From assembly GCF_009914755.1 (NCBI RefSeq), contig NC_060930.1: a stretch of 64,000 nucleotides of DNA, one strand, 5' to 3'. Source of the stretch: the human T2T-CHM13v2.0 reference genome, Homo sapiens. Numbering within the stretch: the stretch's first letter is position 1; each line of letters opens with the position of its first letter. The position numbers and the translations under genes were made by a program. Shown here in pieces: positions 11,554 through 24,817 of the stretch. The notes under the pieces were generated by a model. The model had not been told where the DNA came from. It saw only the letters and a list, made by a program, of their open reading frames with translations, and searched no databases.

Positions 11554-14099
11554 GTAAAAGGAAGTCTTTGCTTAATGCTTTCAGTAACTTTTAAAAGCAG
11601 TGTACGGTGCTGGTGGTATTTGCTGCAAGGATGTGAGGGAGAGCTGCCCAGTGAAGATAAATTTGTATGTATATTGAAATGAAATGCTATCTTCACTTAG
11701 AGAAAAGGGTGAGCTGATAAAGACAAAACTGCTCATTGGGCAAAGAAAATGCTCAGGATTGCCCTTGGCACAGTGATAATGTAAGATACCCTGTAATGCC
11801 TTAACAGGAGGCTAGAGGCCATCTGCGAGTGTGGGTGTCAACATCTGAAGGAAGAGAACTTTTAGGGAAATATAAGAAAGGAAGGCATTACAGCCCAAAA
11901 CTGAGCAAAGGAGCTGTTAGCCTGCGTGGCATGCGGGAAAACAGTTTCTCAAATTATTAGGCTATCCGGTGAGAAGATGACGTTCTTAGAGATTTTGAGC
12001 ATTTCAAAGTGTATTTAGAAAAAGATTTTAATCCTTTTATCTCATATTTCTATGACTAAATTAGTTTCCCAAGGATAGAAACTAAGATATTTAAATAACA
12101 TTGACAACTGAAAGTGTTAATTGGCAATTAACAAGTGCAATGCTGTTAACATGCATCTGTTGCTGCTTTGTGTGGAAAATGGTTTTTCATCACCATAGCA
12201 ATTCATTCTTAGGCTACATTGGAACTTAGCCACAGTATGCAGTAAACAGCAAATATTTTTTTGTTCTCTCCTAAACAAGGGATTAAATAGTCTACTGGCT
12301 AATATGTGGCTCTTTATCTGAATGTTGCATTGCATAGTTGGTGTAATTTCAAATTCTTTTCCAACTGAAATTCCTTGGTAAGTTAAGGATGCTAGGTAAA
12401 GGTGGTGAAAAGAGCTAATATTGTACTGTTAGCTTAAAAGCGAATACCAAATGATTGCCCTTTTTGTGATTATTCTTCTGAAGATATGTATGTGGACAGG
12501 AATTTATGTCTGATCTTGTTATTCTCCAACAGTAACTCAGGAAGATGAATAAGTCTTTAGTTTTATTAGATTTCCTGTTTCTGTGTTTTCTGGAATCACA
12601 TCATGTATTGGTTCAACTAAAATAAAAAAAAAATTGTTTCCTTACACTGGTGAGGAAATTTTATGTAGGATATGGATGTTTCTTTAGGAAAATATAACAA
12701 TAAATTAGAAAGAAATAGGTTTTCTTCTTTTCAGTTGCCTTTATTGTCAGGATGTGGTTATGTTTAGAAATTTTTTAGGCAGTACCGTTGTAAAAGCATA
12801 CCTTATTCATTGAAGCATCAGTTTTCATTCATACTTTGTTTCTACTTTATTCACTGAAAGTTATAGCTGTCAACTTTTAAAAAGTTCATAGCATGTGACA
12901 TACCAGTTGTGGAGCTGTATTTGTATCTTAGATACTTAAGTAGCATTGAATTATACAAATTGTGCAAGGTGTTTGAAGAAATAAATTTTCATCATTATAT
13001 ATGCTTTAGAAGGTAAAGCTACTTACTGCTTATAATGGTTATATGTATTTTGTAACCATGGGGTGCTTATTATGAAGACTTTCATATATTATTTTTTAAA
13101 TTTTATTTGGATGGAACATAAGATAGACCTATAGTCATGACATGGAAAGATAAGGGAAGGCCTAGTTACAGAACCTGGGGACAAAGTTGCAATTTCACCT
13201 CTTTACTCCTAAAGGATTATCTTTATTTCTTACTCAAATGAAATTATGGGATGGATTATTTGAACTACTTCAGTAATTTCCTTGCCAAAACCACTCTCCT
13301 TTCTATCATGATATTGATGAGATTAGTTATGTGATGAAACAGCCCTAGAAGATAATACATCTAGAAGGCCTGTTGTATTACGTATTGTTGATAGATAAGT
13401 GGGCTCCTTAAATCTCACAAGGGATCCTTCCTACAATATAAAGCACTGATTTATTACTTTTTGATGATAAGGTATTTTGACATGGATACAATGAGGAAAT
13501 AATGACACATATCTTTAAAGGCGAAAAGAATATTGAAAATTAAAAGTTTTTAAAACCCTGTCAATATTCTTGTCTCACAGTTCCTTGATCTTCACAAGCT
13601 CAGTGCCCTTCCTTTCATATACTCAGTCTTAATGCCAAAGCCTGGAATTTAGAATCATCTGGAATTATCATACTTCTAATTATTAAATTAATAAACTCTC
13701 ATATCATATTATGACCCCATCCATTCTCTCAAACAGTCATCATAGTATCAACTCTGTTTCCTGAGCACAGAGACCTCTAGTTCCTTCAACTTGAGGGTTC
13801 TTCCTCCTTACCTATACAAACTGAACTCCATGGTCAATCATTTGCTCTACTCTCACCAGTACCCTTAATTTCCTTATACTTGCCACATCCTGCCAAAACC
13901 AGCAAAGCATTCCTTGAGAGACTATCGAACAGCCAAGCAAATTGCCTCACTGTTCCTGGATTTATATTTGGACTGGGTCCTCAGTGTAGACTGTGAGAAA
14001 TTTTGTTTCTGGTCAGCCCTCTTTCTGACTACTGTCAGTGATGTTTCAGCCTTTTAAAATCTTCCTTAAAACGCCCAGGCCACCTTGGCTAGTTCTTCC

Positions 14100-14775
14100 T
14101 CAGCTGGTGGATCACTCAATGTTAGAGTCTGTAGGGTTTGGCCTTAAGCCTCTTATTTTTCTATTTGTGTTTACATCTTTATTGATCTCATCTAGTCTCC
14201 TGGTTTTAAATATCATCTATGGGTTAACAACCCTAGTAATTTTATCCCCAGCACAGAATTTCCTGTAAACTTGACTCATACTCACATTTCCACTTGGTTG
14301 TATATTGGGCACACAAAATTTGATCGTTATTCTCAAACCAGCTTCAACTATTGTCTTCCCCATTTCAGTGAATAATATCTCATTTCTTGCAGTTATTCAG
14401 TTCAAAATTTGTCTACCCATCTTGATTTTTGTGTATCTCTCATATTCCACTTCCAATTTTTCAACAAATTTTAAGTTTTGTCTTTAAAATGTAGCCAGAA
14501 TCTTAACAGTTCTTACCACTATTACTGCAGCAAACTACATTCAACTCACCAGTTTTTCTCCTATGGGTTATTGCAATAGACTTATAGCAAGTCTTCATAG
14601 CATTTATGAAAATAGTACTACATATGTTGTTTATTTATTTGTCTACTGTCTGTTTCCCTCCACTAGAATATAAACTCCATGAGGGTAGGGATTTTTGTTC
14701 ACTGTTATGGCACCAACCCCTAGAATAGTGCCTAGCATTTAGTAGGCATTTAATAATACCTCATTGAATAAATGA
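14100..14775 (+). mobile_element. L2 3' portion
   Basis: CCACTAGAATATAAACTCCATGAGGGTAGGGA...CCTAGAATAGTGCCTAGCATTTAGTAGGC...TGAATAAATGAA. Confidence 0.7.
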
Positions 14776-17169
14776 AAGTAAGTAGAAGGCAAAGTATTAC
14801 AGTGAGGGTTGGTTTTACTAGGAGCATAGTAGTAGGACTGAAGGCCATAAAAAAGGGCAGAGATGCAGATGTGTGAATAAATGTGGTGTTGGGGGCCTTG
14901 AAAATTCTTTTCTGATTGCTTCCGTTACCTTAACGAAATAGGAAACAAAGTCATCAGCTCCAAGTGAGAATGTGGGAGAGATGTTAGAGGTTTGAAGAAA
15001 GGGGAAAAAGTGTGAAAGAGTTTTCTAGGCCAGTGGAAGAGTGAATGGGCTATGGAAGTATAGTACGATTGTTGGGCAGCATTGAAAAGCCTTCTTGAGG
15101 CTCAGAGTGGTAAATATGAAGTGAGATCAGTAGGTGTGGTTGTGTGGTTTCCCCCAGGCATGTTTACCTTCCTGGTTCAGAAATAGAGTAGGTAGGGGAT
15201 TAGACTTAGTGAGGGCTGTAATGTACTCAAACAGGATGATGATATAAAGGAGGACAAGGGATTTGAGGGGTATCCAAAAGAGTAACTGTGGTCAACTTGG
15301 TTTTTGAAGCTGGTTAAGAAGACAAATGTAGGAAAATAATTGTGGAAGAATCAGTAGATTTAAATCATGGTGAAGTTAAAAAATGTTAGAGTTGGACTAC
15401 TAGGGGGATAGTATGGAGCGATAAAAAGTGATGGTCAGAGAATGAAGAAACAAATTACGGAAGGTTTGCAGCTATTGGGCAAGGCTAGGGATGTGAGGGG
15501 CAAGGAAGAATAGAGGTCAAGGAAATACAATATTATAAAAAATACCCATTGAGATATAATACTGGGTATTATACAAAGCATTGGGTTAAGAAGCGTGGCA
15601 TTGAACCAGAAACTGAATCTTTAAGGAAAGAAGCATTTAATACGGGTGTGGAAAGATGACTGCAGCTAAGAGAGATTGTGAAGGGTATAGACTGATGACA
15701 TGAGATTCAAAGCTGGAAGTTTTTAGACAAGAGAGAAGAATAGTCTGGAAGCAGTAAAGATAAGCAAGGAGGACACCTATTTTACTTCCAGGCCCATTGG
15801 TGCAGGAGTGTGAGAGAAAACATTTATCATTGAAATAGAGTCCTTCAGAGAGAACCATGTTTTAGTTATAACTAGAAAGTGAAGGGAGTATTTTGAAAAT
15901 AAGATACAGATATGTAAGATTTTTTTAATTGCTCACTGAATTCCAGAAGGTATACAGTGAAAAGGTTTTGAGAGTTGGAGCAGGGTGCAAGATAGGAACA
16001 GAACTAGGAATGTGCATAGCATACAGGAATGGAGGGATGATACAGAGCCTAGGGTTTCTCATGGGCACTGACATGAACTGGGTTAAAAGGCGTGCTCATA
16101 AGGTCATAAGGTCTGAGCAGTTCAAGGCATAAAAGGGTGGCAGGGATTGAAGGGAGAGGGAGTGAGAGACTTGCCAGGGCATGTCATATTTCTTCTGACA
16201 GGGGAATGGAGGTGGCAGGGCAGTGTTACTCTGACAAGAAGGGACTGATTTTATCATGAAAATTAATTATATCAAGAGTGATTGCTCAATAAAACAAAGA
16301 ATTGGTTTTTGGAAAGATAAATTTGACAAATCTTTAGACAAATAAATAGAATCAGAGAATAAAACGGAGACATTATAATTTATACCACAGAAATACAAAG
16401 TATCATAGAACACTACTGTAAACAATTATATACCAAAAAATTGGATAAGCTTCCAGAAATTGATAAACTCTTGGACACATACAACCTATTGAGAATGAAT
16501 TATGAAGAACAGAAAATCTGAACAGAACAGTCATGAATAAGAAAGTTGAATCAGCAATAAAATATCTCCATTGAAGAAAGGCCCAGACCTGATGGCTTCA
16601 CTGCTGAATCCTACCAAACATTTAAAGAAGAACTAAGAACATTTCTCCTCTAACTATTTCAAAAATATTAAGGAGGAAGGAATACTTCCAACCTCATTCT
16701 ATGAGACTTGCATTACCCTGATGCCAAAACCAGACAACAACACAACAAGAAAAGAAAGCTACAGGCCAATATTCGTGATGAACATATATGCAAAAATTTC
16801 AACAAAGTGCTAGTAAACTGAATTCAAGAGCACATTAAAAAGATTATTTACCAAGATCAAGTGGGATTTATCTCAGGGAGGCAAGGATGGTTCAACAAAA
16901 TATGCAAATCCATAAATCTGATACATCACATTAACTGAATTAAAGACATAAAATGTATGATTACTTCAATAGACGCAGAAAAGCATTTGACAAAATTTAA
17001 CATTCCTTCATGATAAAAGCTCTCAACAAATTAGGTATAGACAGAATGTACCTCAACATGATAAAGGCCCTATATGGCAAATCCATAGCTAACATATTGA
17101 ATGGGGAAAAGCTGAAAGGTTTTACTCTAAGATTTGGAAAAAAGACAAGGATGCCACTCTATTTCTGTC

Positions 17170-17465
17170 TTTTTTTTTTTTTTTTGAGATGGAGTCCAGC
17201 TGTGTTGCCCAGGCTGGAGCACAGTGGCCGGTCTAGGCTCACTGCAACCTCTGCCTCCCAGGTTCATGCTGTTCTCCTGCCTCAGCCTCCCAAGTAGCTG
17301 GGACTACAGGCACCCGCCACGACGCCTGGCTAATTTTTTGTATTTTTAGTAGAGAAGGGGTTTCACTGTGTTAGCCAGGATGGTCTCGATCTCCTGACCT
17401 TGTGAGCCACCCACCTCAGCCTCCCAAAGTGCTGGGATTACAGGCGTGAGCCACCGTGCCCGGCC
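17170..17465 (-). mobile_element. Alu (AluY/Sc-like) inserted in L1
   Basis: polyT-GAGATGGAGTC...GTTAGCCAGGATGGTCTCGATCTCCTGACC...CCCGGCC; approximate TSD CACTCT..ATTTCT. Confidence 0.93.
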
Positions 17466-17616
17466 CACTCTCACTATTTCTATTCCTCACAGGACTGGAA
17501 GTCCTAGCCACAGCAATTAGGCAAAAGAAAGAGATAAAAGGCATCCAATTTGGAAAGGAAGCAGTTAAATTGACCTTGTTTGCAGATGACAGGATCTTAT
17601 ATATAAAAAATTTTAG

Positions 17617-17948
17617 GGCCGGGTGTGGTGGCTAACACCTGTAATCCCAGCACTTTGGGAGGCCGAGATGGGCGGATCACGAGATCAGGAGATCGACACC
17701 ATCCTGGCTAACACGGTGAAACCCCGTCTCTACTAAAAATACAAAAAGTTAGCTGGGCGTGTTGGCGGGCGCCTGTAGTCCCAGCTACTCGGAAGGCTGA
17801 AGCAGGAGAATGGCATGAACCCGGGAGTGGAGCTTGCAGTGAGCCGAGATCGTGCCACTGCACTCTAACCTGGGTGACAGAATGAGACTCTGTCTCAAAA
17901 CAACAACAACAGCAACAACAGCAACAACAACAACAACAACAACAAAAA
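17617..17948 (+). mobile_element. AluY-like SINE with (CAA/CAG)n tail
   Basis: GGCCGGGTGTGGTGG...GAGAATGGCATGAACCCGGGAG..GAGCTTGCAGTG; tail CAACAACAACAGCAAC... Confidence 0.95.
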
Positions 17949-20180
17949 TCATTGATGAAAGAAAATGAGAAAGGCACAAATAAATGGAAAGATATACTGT
18001 GTTCATGAATTGGAAGAATAAGTGTTGTTAAAATGCCTCTAACACCCCAAGTGATCTACAGATTCAACGCAACTCCTATCAAAATACCAATGACATTCTT
18101 CACAGAATTAAAACATAATAAAATTCTTATGGAACTACACAAGAGCCTGAATAACCAAAGCAATTTGAGCAACAAGAACAAAGCTGGAGGGATCACACTG
18201 CCTGAATTCACAGTATACTACTACAAAGCTATAGTAACCAAAATAGCATGATGCTGGCGTAAAAACCAACACATGGACCAATGGAACTGAGAGTTCCAGC
18301 TGAGAGTCCAGAAATAAATCCACACACTTACAGCCAACTGATGTTTGATAAAGGTGCCAAGAACACACAATGGGGAAAAGTCAGTCTCTTCAATAAGTGG
18401 TATTGGGAAAATGGGTTTCCACATGCAGAAGAATGAAACTGGACCTCTGTCTTTAACCATATACAAAACATTTTAAACACTTAAATGTAAGACCAGAAAC
18501 TATGAAACTGCTAGAAGAAAACATAGCGGGAAAGTTCTATGACATTGGTCTGTGCAATAATTTTTTGGATATGACTTCAAAAGTATAAGCAAAAAAAGCA
18601 AAAATTGATAAATAGGATTTTAGCAAACTAAAAAGCTTCTGTACAGCAAGGGAAACAATCAACAGAGTGAGGAGACAACCTACAGAATGGGAGAAAATAT
18701 TTGTAAATTATACATCTGATAAAGGGTTAGTAACCAAAAAATATTAAAAAAACCTCAAACAACTCAATAGCAAGACAACAATCCAATTAAAAAACAGGCA
18801 ATACATCTGAATAGACATCTCTCAAAAGACACACAAATGGCCAACAGGTATATGGCCAATAGGTATGAATGAAAATGATGCTCATAATGAAAAAGATGCT
18901 CATTGTTGCTAATCATCAGGAAAATGCCAATGAAAACAGTGAGATATTACCTCCCTCCTGTTAGAATGGCTATTATCAGAAAAACAAAGCATAAGTGTTG
19001 GTGAGAATGTAAGAAAAGGGAACACTTACACACAGTTGGTGAGAGTGTTCATTGGTACATTCATTGTGGAAATGGTATGGAGGTTCCTCAAAATATTAAA
19101 AATACAACTACCATATGATCTAGCAATCCCATTACTGGGCATATAGCCAAACGAAATGAAATAAGTATATGGAAGAGATAACTGCACTCTTATGTTATTA
19201 CAGCAGTATCCACAGTAACTAAGATATAGAATTAAACTAGGTTTCTATCAATGGATGAATGGATAGAGAAAATGTAGTACATATACACAGTGGAATACTA
19301 TTCAGCTATGAAAAGAATGGAATTCTGTCATTTGCAACAACACAGATGAACATGGATGTTATGTTAAGTGGAATAAGCCAGTTATAGAAAGACAAATACT
19401 GCATGATCTCACTCATATGTAGAATTTTTAAAAAGTTGATCTAATAGAAGTAACGAGTAAAATAGTGGTTACCAGAGGCTGTGGTTGGTAGGAGGGAGGG
19501 GACTTGAGGAGATGTTGGTCAAAATATATATAATTACAGTTAGATAGAAGAAATAAGTTCACAAGATCTATTGTACAGCATGGTGACTATAGTTAATGAC
19601 AATATATTGTATTCTTGAAAAATGCAAAGATAATAGATGTTAAGTGTTCTCACCAAAAAAATGATAATTACGTGAGGAACTGTATTTGTTAATTAACTAG
19701 ATTTAACTATTCCAAGAGTATATATATTTCACAACATCATGTTGTACATGATAAATACATACAGTTTTATCTACAACAAAAGTGGTTCTCATCATCTTCC
19801 CACTCTTTCCATTTCCACCACTTTACCACGTTTGTGAGCTCTTCTACATCTTAGTCTATTTTCTCCAGTCTCAAAGGAGAGCATGTTCCTTTTGTTGTTG
19901 CTGTAACTTATTTCACCTGCTTCCTTCAGGGTTTTGCTCCCCTTTCCTTCTCTACTCTCACCCATCCCCTAGTATATAGACATGTTCAGTTCATTATAAA
20001 ACAAACAAAAGCACCCTGTTGACTCTAATTTGCTCTCTAATTACTCTCAACCTCTCTTTGTACTTCTCATGCAAACTTCTTAAAAGAGAAATCTACAGTA
20101 CTGTCTTCTCTTTCTCCCTTTCCATTTAGTCCTCAACTTATGCTTTTGGCTTTTTATTCTTGTGTCTAGGCTTGCGACTT

Positions 20181-20514
<334 letters not shown>

Positions 20515-21397
20515 TTATCTATCTACAATTCTAATATGACTATGTCATTTTTCAATCAACAATGTTAACAGAACAAAGTCCAAGCTTGATACACTCTCCA
20601 CTGCTGCTACTTTCCATGCTTTCACTCATCTCCTTTTCTCAGCTTGGGATCTCCCTATCCTCCTTTTCAACTGGACTTAAATTTCAGGTACTACCTATTA
20701 TGAAGCTTCATGGGTTGGGTAGGCACCCTTCATCACTGTTCCCTTAGTAGTCTTATCTTTTTTCTGCTTGTGAGTAGTCTACTGACTGTTTCCTGTTCAC
20801 CGTTGTTTCCCTACCTCCTGAGTACCTGTCACACAGCAAATACTTCATACAATTATTTTTGAAAAAGTGAAGAATAAATGAAGGAGAAGGTATATCTTTA
20901 AGAGTAGCATTGGTATTCTGATAGGCATACTTTCAACTTTAAATTTGTATTTTGGCATTCTTGCTAACGATAAATGTGGGGATTTTCTTGCATGCTTATT
21001 GATTATGAGTTAATAAATTGAACCGGCTAACCCAGGGTTAGATGGATGAAAGCCAGTTTTGAAACAGAACAGATGATGAGTTTGTGATGACCCCACTGAG
21101 GCAGAAATGCTCTGTGAGATTCCAGCTGATCAGCTTGCCAACCTGCTGTTTTATGCCATCCCCTACAACAGGATCTTCCCTGGGTGGTATTGTTTTCTCT
21201 GGTAAATAATATCATAAAAAAGGTTCTGATTCTTTATAACCATTTTTATAGGTGTTTACTTTGGCAGCCATATACATGATCACAGGACAATAGGCAATTC
21301 ATCAAAATAAATGAGATAAATATCATGTCATATGGAGAATAAAGGCAAGATAAACCTTTGACAAGGCTGAAAGTCTAATTAACTACATGTCTCATAG

Positions 21398-21553
21398 GTC
21401 TCTGCTGGTGGTTCTGAAGCCAAACCTCTGATCTTCACATTTGTCCCCACTGTCAGAAGACTACCAACCCATACTCAGTTGGCTGACACCTCTAAATTCC
21501 TTGTTAAAATTCCAGAAGAATCAAGTGATAAGAGTCCAGAAACTGTAAATAGG
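21398..21553 (+). CDS. MLIP: MLIP coding exon 2 in window (VSAGGSEAKP...SPETVNR, 52 aa)
   Basis: Acceptor ctcatAG|GTC with branch-like CTAAT at ~21375; donor AGG|GTAGGA; 156 nt open frame (not in the ORF track). Confidence 0.93.
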
Positions 21554-22856
21554 GTAGGATTATTTTTATTCTTTTTTAATTTCAAACAATTATATTAAAT
21601 TTTGATAATGATGACTTGGAAATTTGTGTATATTTCCTGTGCTTAAATTAAGGTGACTGTGACTCTAAGTTTGACTAAAAATATAATAATGCAACAGAAG
21701 CATAAATGTTATCAAATTGCATGTTCTCTCTAATGCATTATCTTCAATTTTTTTCAGTTTGACATCCTATTGTTTGCTATTGACATGACAAATTCTGCCT
21801 CCTGGCACATTCTCTCAAATGTTTCTTAAGAAAATAAAAACAAAATTTAAAAATGTTTAAATTTATCTCAAAAGAAAATATAAGACAAAACAGTGAGATA
21901 TTATTATTTACAGGTAATGAATTAGCAACATTAAAAAATGTAATACCTGATGTTGGGAAAGTTGTGGAAATATTGGCATGCTTACACTTTGCTGCTGGTT
22001 TTGTAAATTTATACAATTTTGGTGGAAATGCTTTATCTATAGTTATAAAACTGTTTATAACCTTTCAATAATCTAACTCTCTGAAAAGTATCCCAAGGAA
22101 ATATTACAAAAGAAGAAAAATGTTATGTAGGTAAATAATTAGGGAAAAATAAAAAAAGCCTAATATCTAACAATCAGAAAAGTTAAGAATATAATAGTAC
22201 CTCACTTTGGCAAAGTTATACTGATGGTAATTAGATAATTCCATGGAAAATGTTAACCTTACAATATTAGGTGATATAATACTGTGTTCATATCTTGATT
22301 GTACCTATCTAAAATGAGACCAAGATGGGAAGTGAAATTACACAAATTTAAAAATCTTGAAAATAACTTGTGTTAGAATAACAAAATTTTGAGTAAAAAT
22401 GTTTTTCTCTTTAAAATGTGTTTTGACATTGGTTACTTATAAATAAAATGAGATTGGGGCAACTTTGTGTTATTCTTGACACAATTAGAAAGGAGTAAAA
22501 TAATCAGATTCACCTTGTCTACAAGAAAACATCTAATCTAGAAAATAGTAATATTTCCATGATCCTGGGGTTTTCAATGCTGCTATCTTCTTTCAAAGAC
22601 TAATGGGGCCATGAATACTATATATGGCACTTCTAGATAGTTTCTTTCCTACAGCACTCATTTACATAATATTAATGAGATCCTTTGTAATTAGGCCTTA
22701 TGAGTGGTGTGAGACTGTAGCTACATAAACCAACCTTGGTTGCAAGCCTCCAGAGCTTCCTAAGATGATAATATTTATCTGCTGATTGCAATGATATATA
22801 TACAACCACATCTTTAAAAGATTTTTCACCCTATCTCTTAGACAGTTCAACATTAA

Positions 22857-23186
<330 letters not shown>

Positions 23187-24424
23187 TCATTTATATTCTT
23201 AGCAACTGTTTACTGAACATATGTTATTCTCTTGATGATTGGATTCCAACTGAATAAAGACAATTCATATAGCTTACTTGTTATCGGGAAGGCAGGCAAT
23301 GAAAAAAATGAAAAAAGTATGTAATAAAATCCATATAGTGATAAATACAATGAAAACAATATCAGAGTAAATAGGGAAAGATGGGCAGAGAAATTTTAAT
23401 CAGAGGCAATTTGTGTTTTATCCTGACTATATCCTCATTATCAGCTGAATAATGTGGGTGTATAAAATCAACTTTTTAGTTATATTTAATCAGTGATTTG
23501 ACTTCTGTCTTCATACATACAATACATGCACACACAGTACACATTAAATTGACCACCAGAGTTGAAATTATTAGCATATTTTCATTTAGTGGCATAACTC
23601 TCTATTTTGAAATAATTTTAGCCTTACAGAAAAGCTGCAGAGAAAAGAATAATAGTAACCATAGTGTAATAATAAAAATAAGAAAATTGACATTGGGTCT
23701 TTTAAACACAATCTCAGTATACATGGCTGTCATAGTTTTAGAAAAAGAAGTTTGGTAGCTTGATAAAGCTATCTTGATCCTGGTCTTGTAAACCATGTAT
23801 TCACAGAAAATTGGATGGGAAAAGACTGAGAATTACAAATCCAAAATAAAACAGTGAAAGATGCTTTGTACTAAAAATATCTGCATCTTTTTTGGTGTTC
23901 TATTTATGAGTTCTCCCTAATTAACTTAGATTGTTTTGTCTGACTATGCATTTTGCCCAATTTTATTTTTCCTTTCAGATTTTTAGAGAGATTTTGTATT
24001 ATTTTCGAACCTTTCAATGGGGATTTCCTTCCTCCCTTGGCTTTTAAAGGATATACAGTTTGCTTCACCATTAACTAAACCCTTGCCCAATCCCCATTTG
24101 TTTCACAAATGTCTTCACGGAAAACATTGCTCTCTCCCTCTCTCTCTTTAAAATGTCGTATCATGACTTACTTGAAAACAGTTAGGTTTGCTTGTTGATG
24201 TTGATTACTATCCCAAAATTGTTTGGGCTTAGACCAGGAAAAACAGGTGGGCTAGTGGGCTAGTAAAAATAAACTGCTAACTTCAACCCAATCTCTTTCT
24301 TATGTCAACCTAATTTAATATATTTTTGAAAATATAAGGAGGTTAAGCTTTTCAGTGTACATGCCAAAAAAGAAGCATTTATTAAACTAATGTCAATGCT
24401 TTTATCTCTCTACATCTATTACAG

Positions 24425-24817
24425 TCTAAATCCAATGACTACTTGACCTTGAATGCTGGGAGCCAACAAGAGAGAGACCAAGCGAAATTGACTTGTCCTT
24501 CAGAGGTCAGTGGAACGATTTTACAAGAAAGGGAATTCGAAGCAAACAAACTTCAAGGGATGCAGCAAAGTGACCTCTTCAAAGCTGAATATGTCCTTAT
24601 TGTGGACTCCGAAGGGGAAGATGAGGCTGCAAGCAGAAAAGTTGAACAAGGCCCCCCAGGGGGGATTGGCACCGCAGCTGTCCGGCCCAAGTCTCTAGCT
24701 ATCTCGTCCAGTCTGGTCTCTGATGTAGTGCGTCCCAAAACACAGGGGACTGATCTCAAGACCTCATCACATCCTGAAATGCTTCATGGGATGGCCCCTC
24801 AGCAAAAGCATGGGCAG
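24425..24817 (+). CDS. MLIP: MLIP coding exon 3 in window (SKSNDYL...QQKHGQ, 131 aa)
   Basis: Acceptor ttacAG|TCT, branch-like ACTAAT at ~24386, donor CAG|GTAGGT; 393 nt; overlaps ORF 24443-24907. Confidence 0.95.

Larger units (their letters stand above)
16280..19780 (+). mobile_element. 5'-truncated L1 (L1MA-like): degenerate ORF2 plus 3'UTR, carrying two Alu insertions
   Basis: ORF2 RT motifs (TTTGCAGATGAC = FADD at ~17579; GATGGCTTCACTGCTGAA; AAAGCTCTCAACAAATTAGG) and an L1MA-type 3' end (ATCATGTTGTACATGATAAATACATAC). Confidence 0.9.

Noticed and set aside
17010-18466. ORFs with reverse-transcriptase-like or poly-Cys/Val content
   Set aside because: Frameshifted L1 ORF2 remnants and the Alu (CAA)n tail; not an intact element
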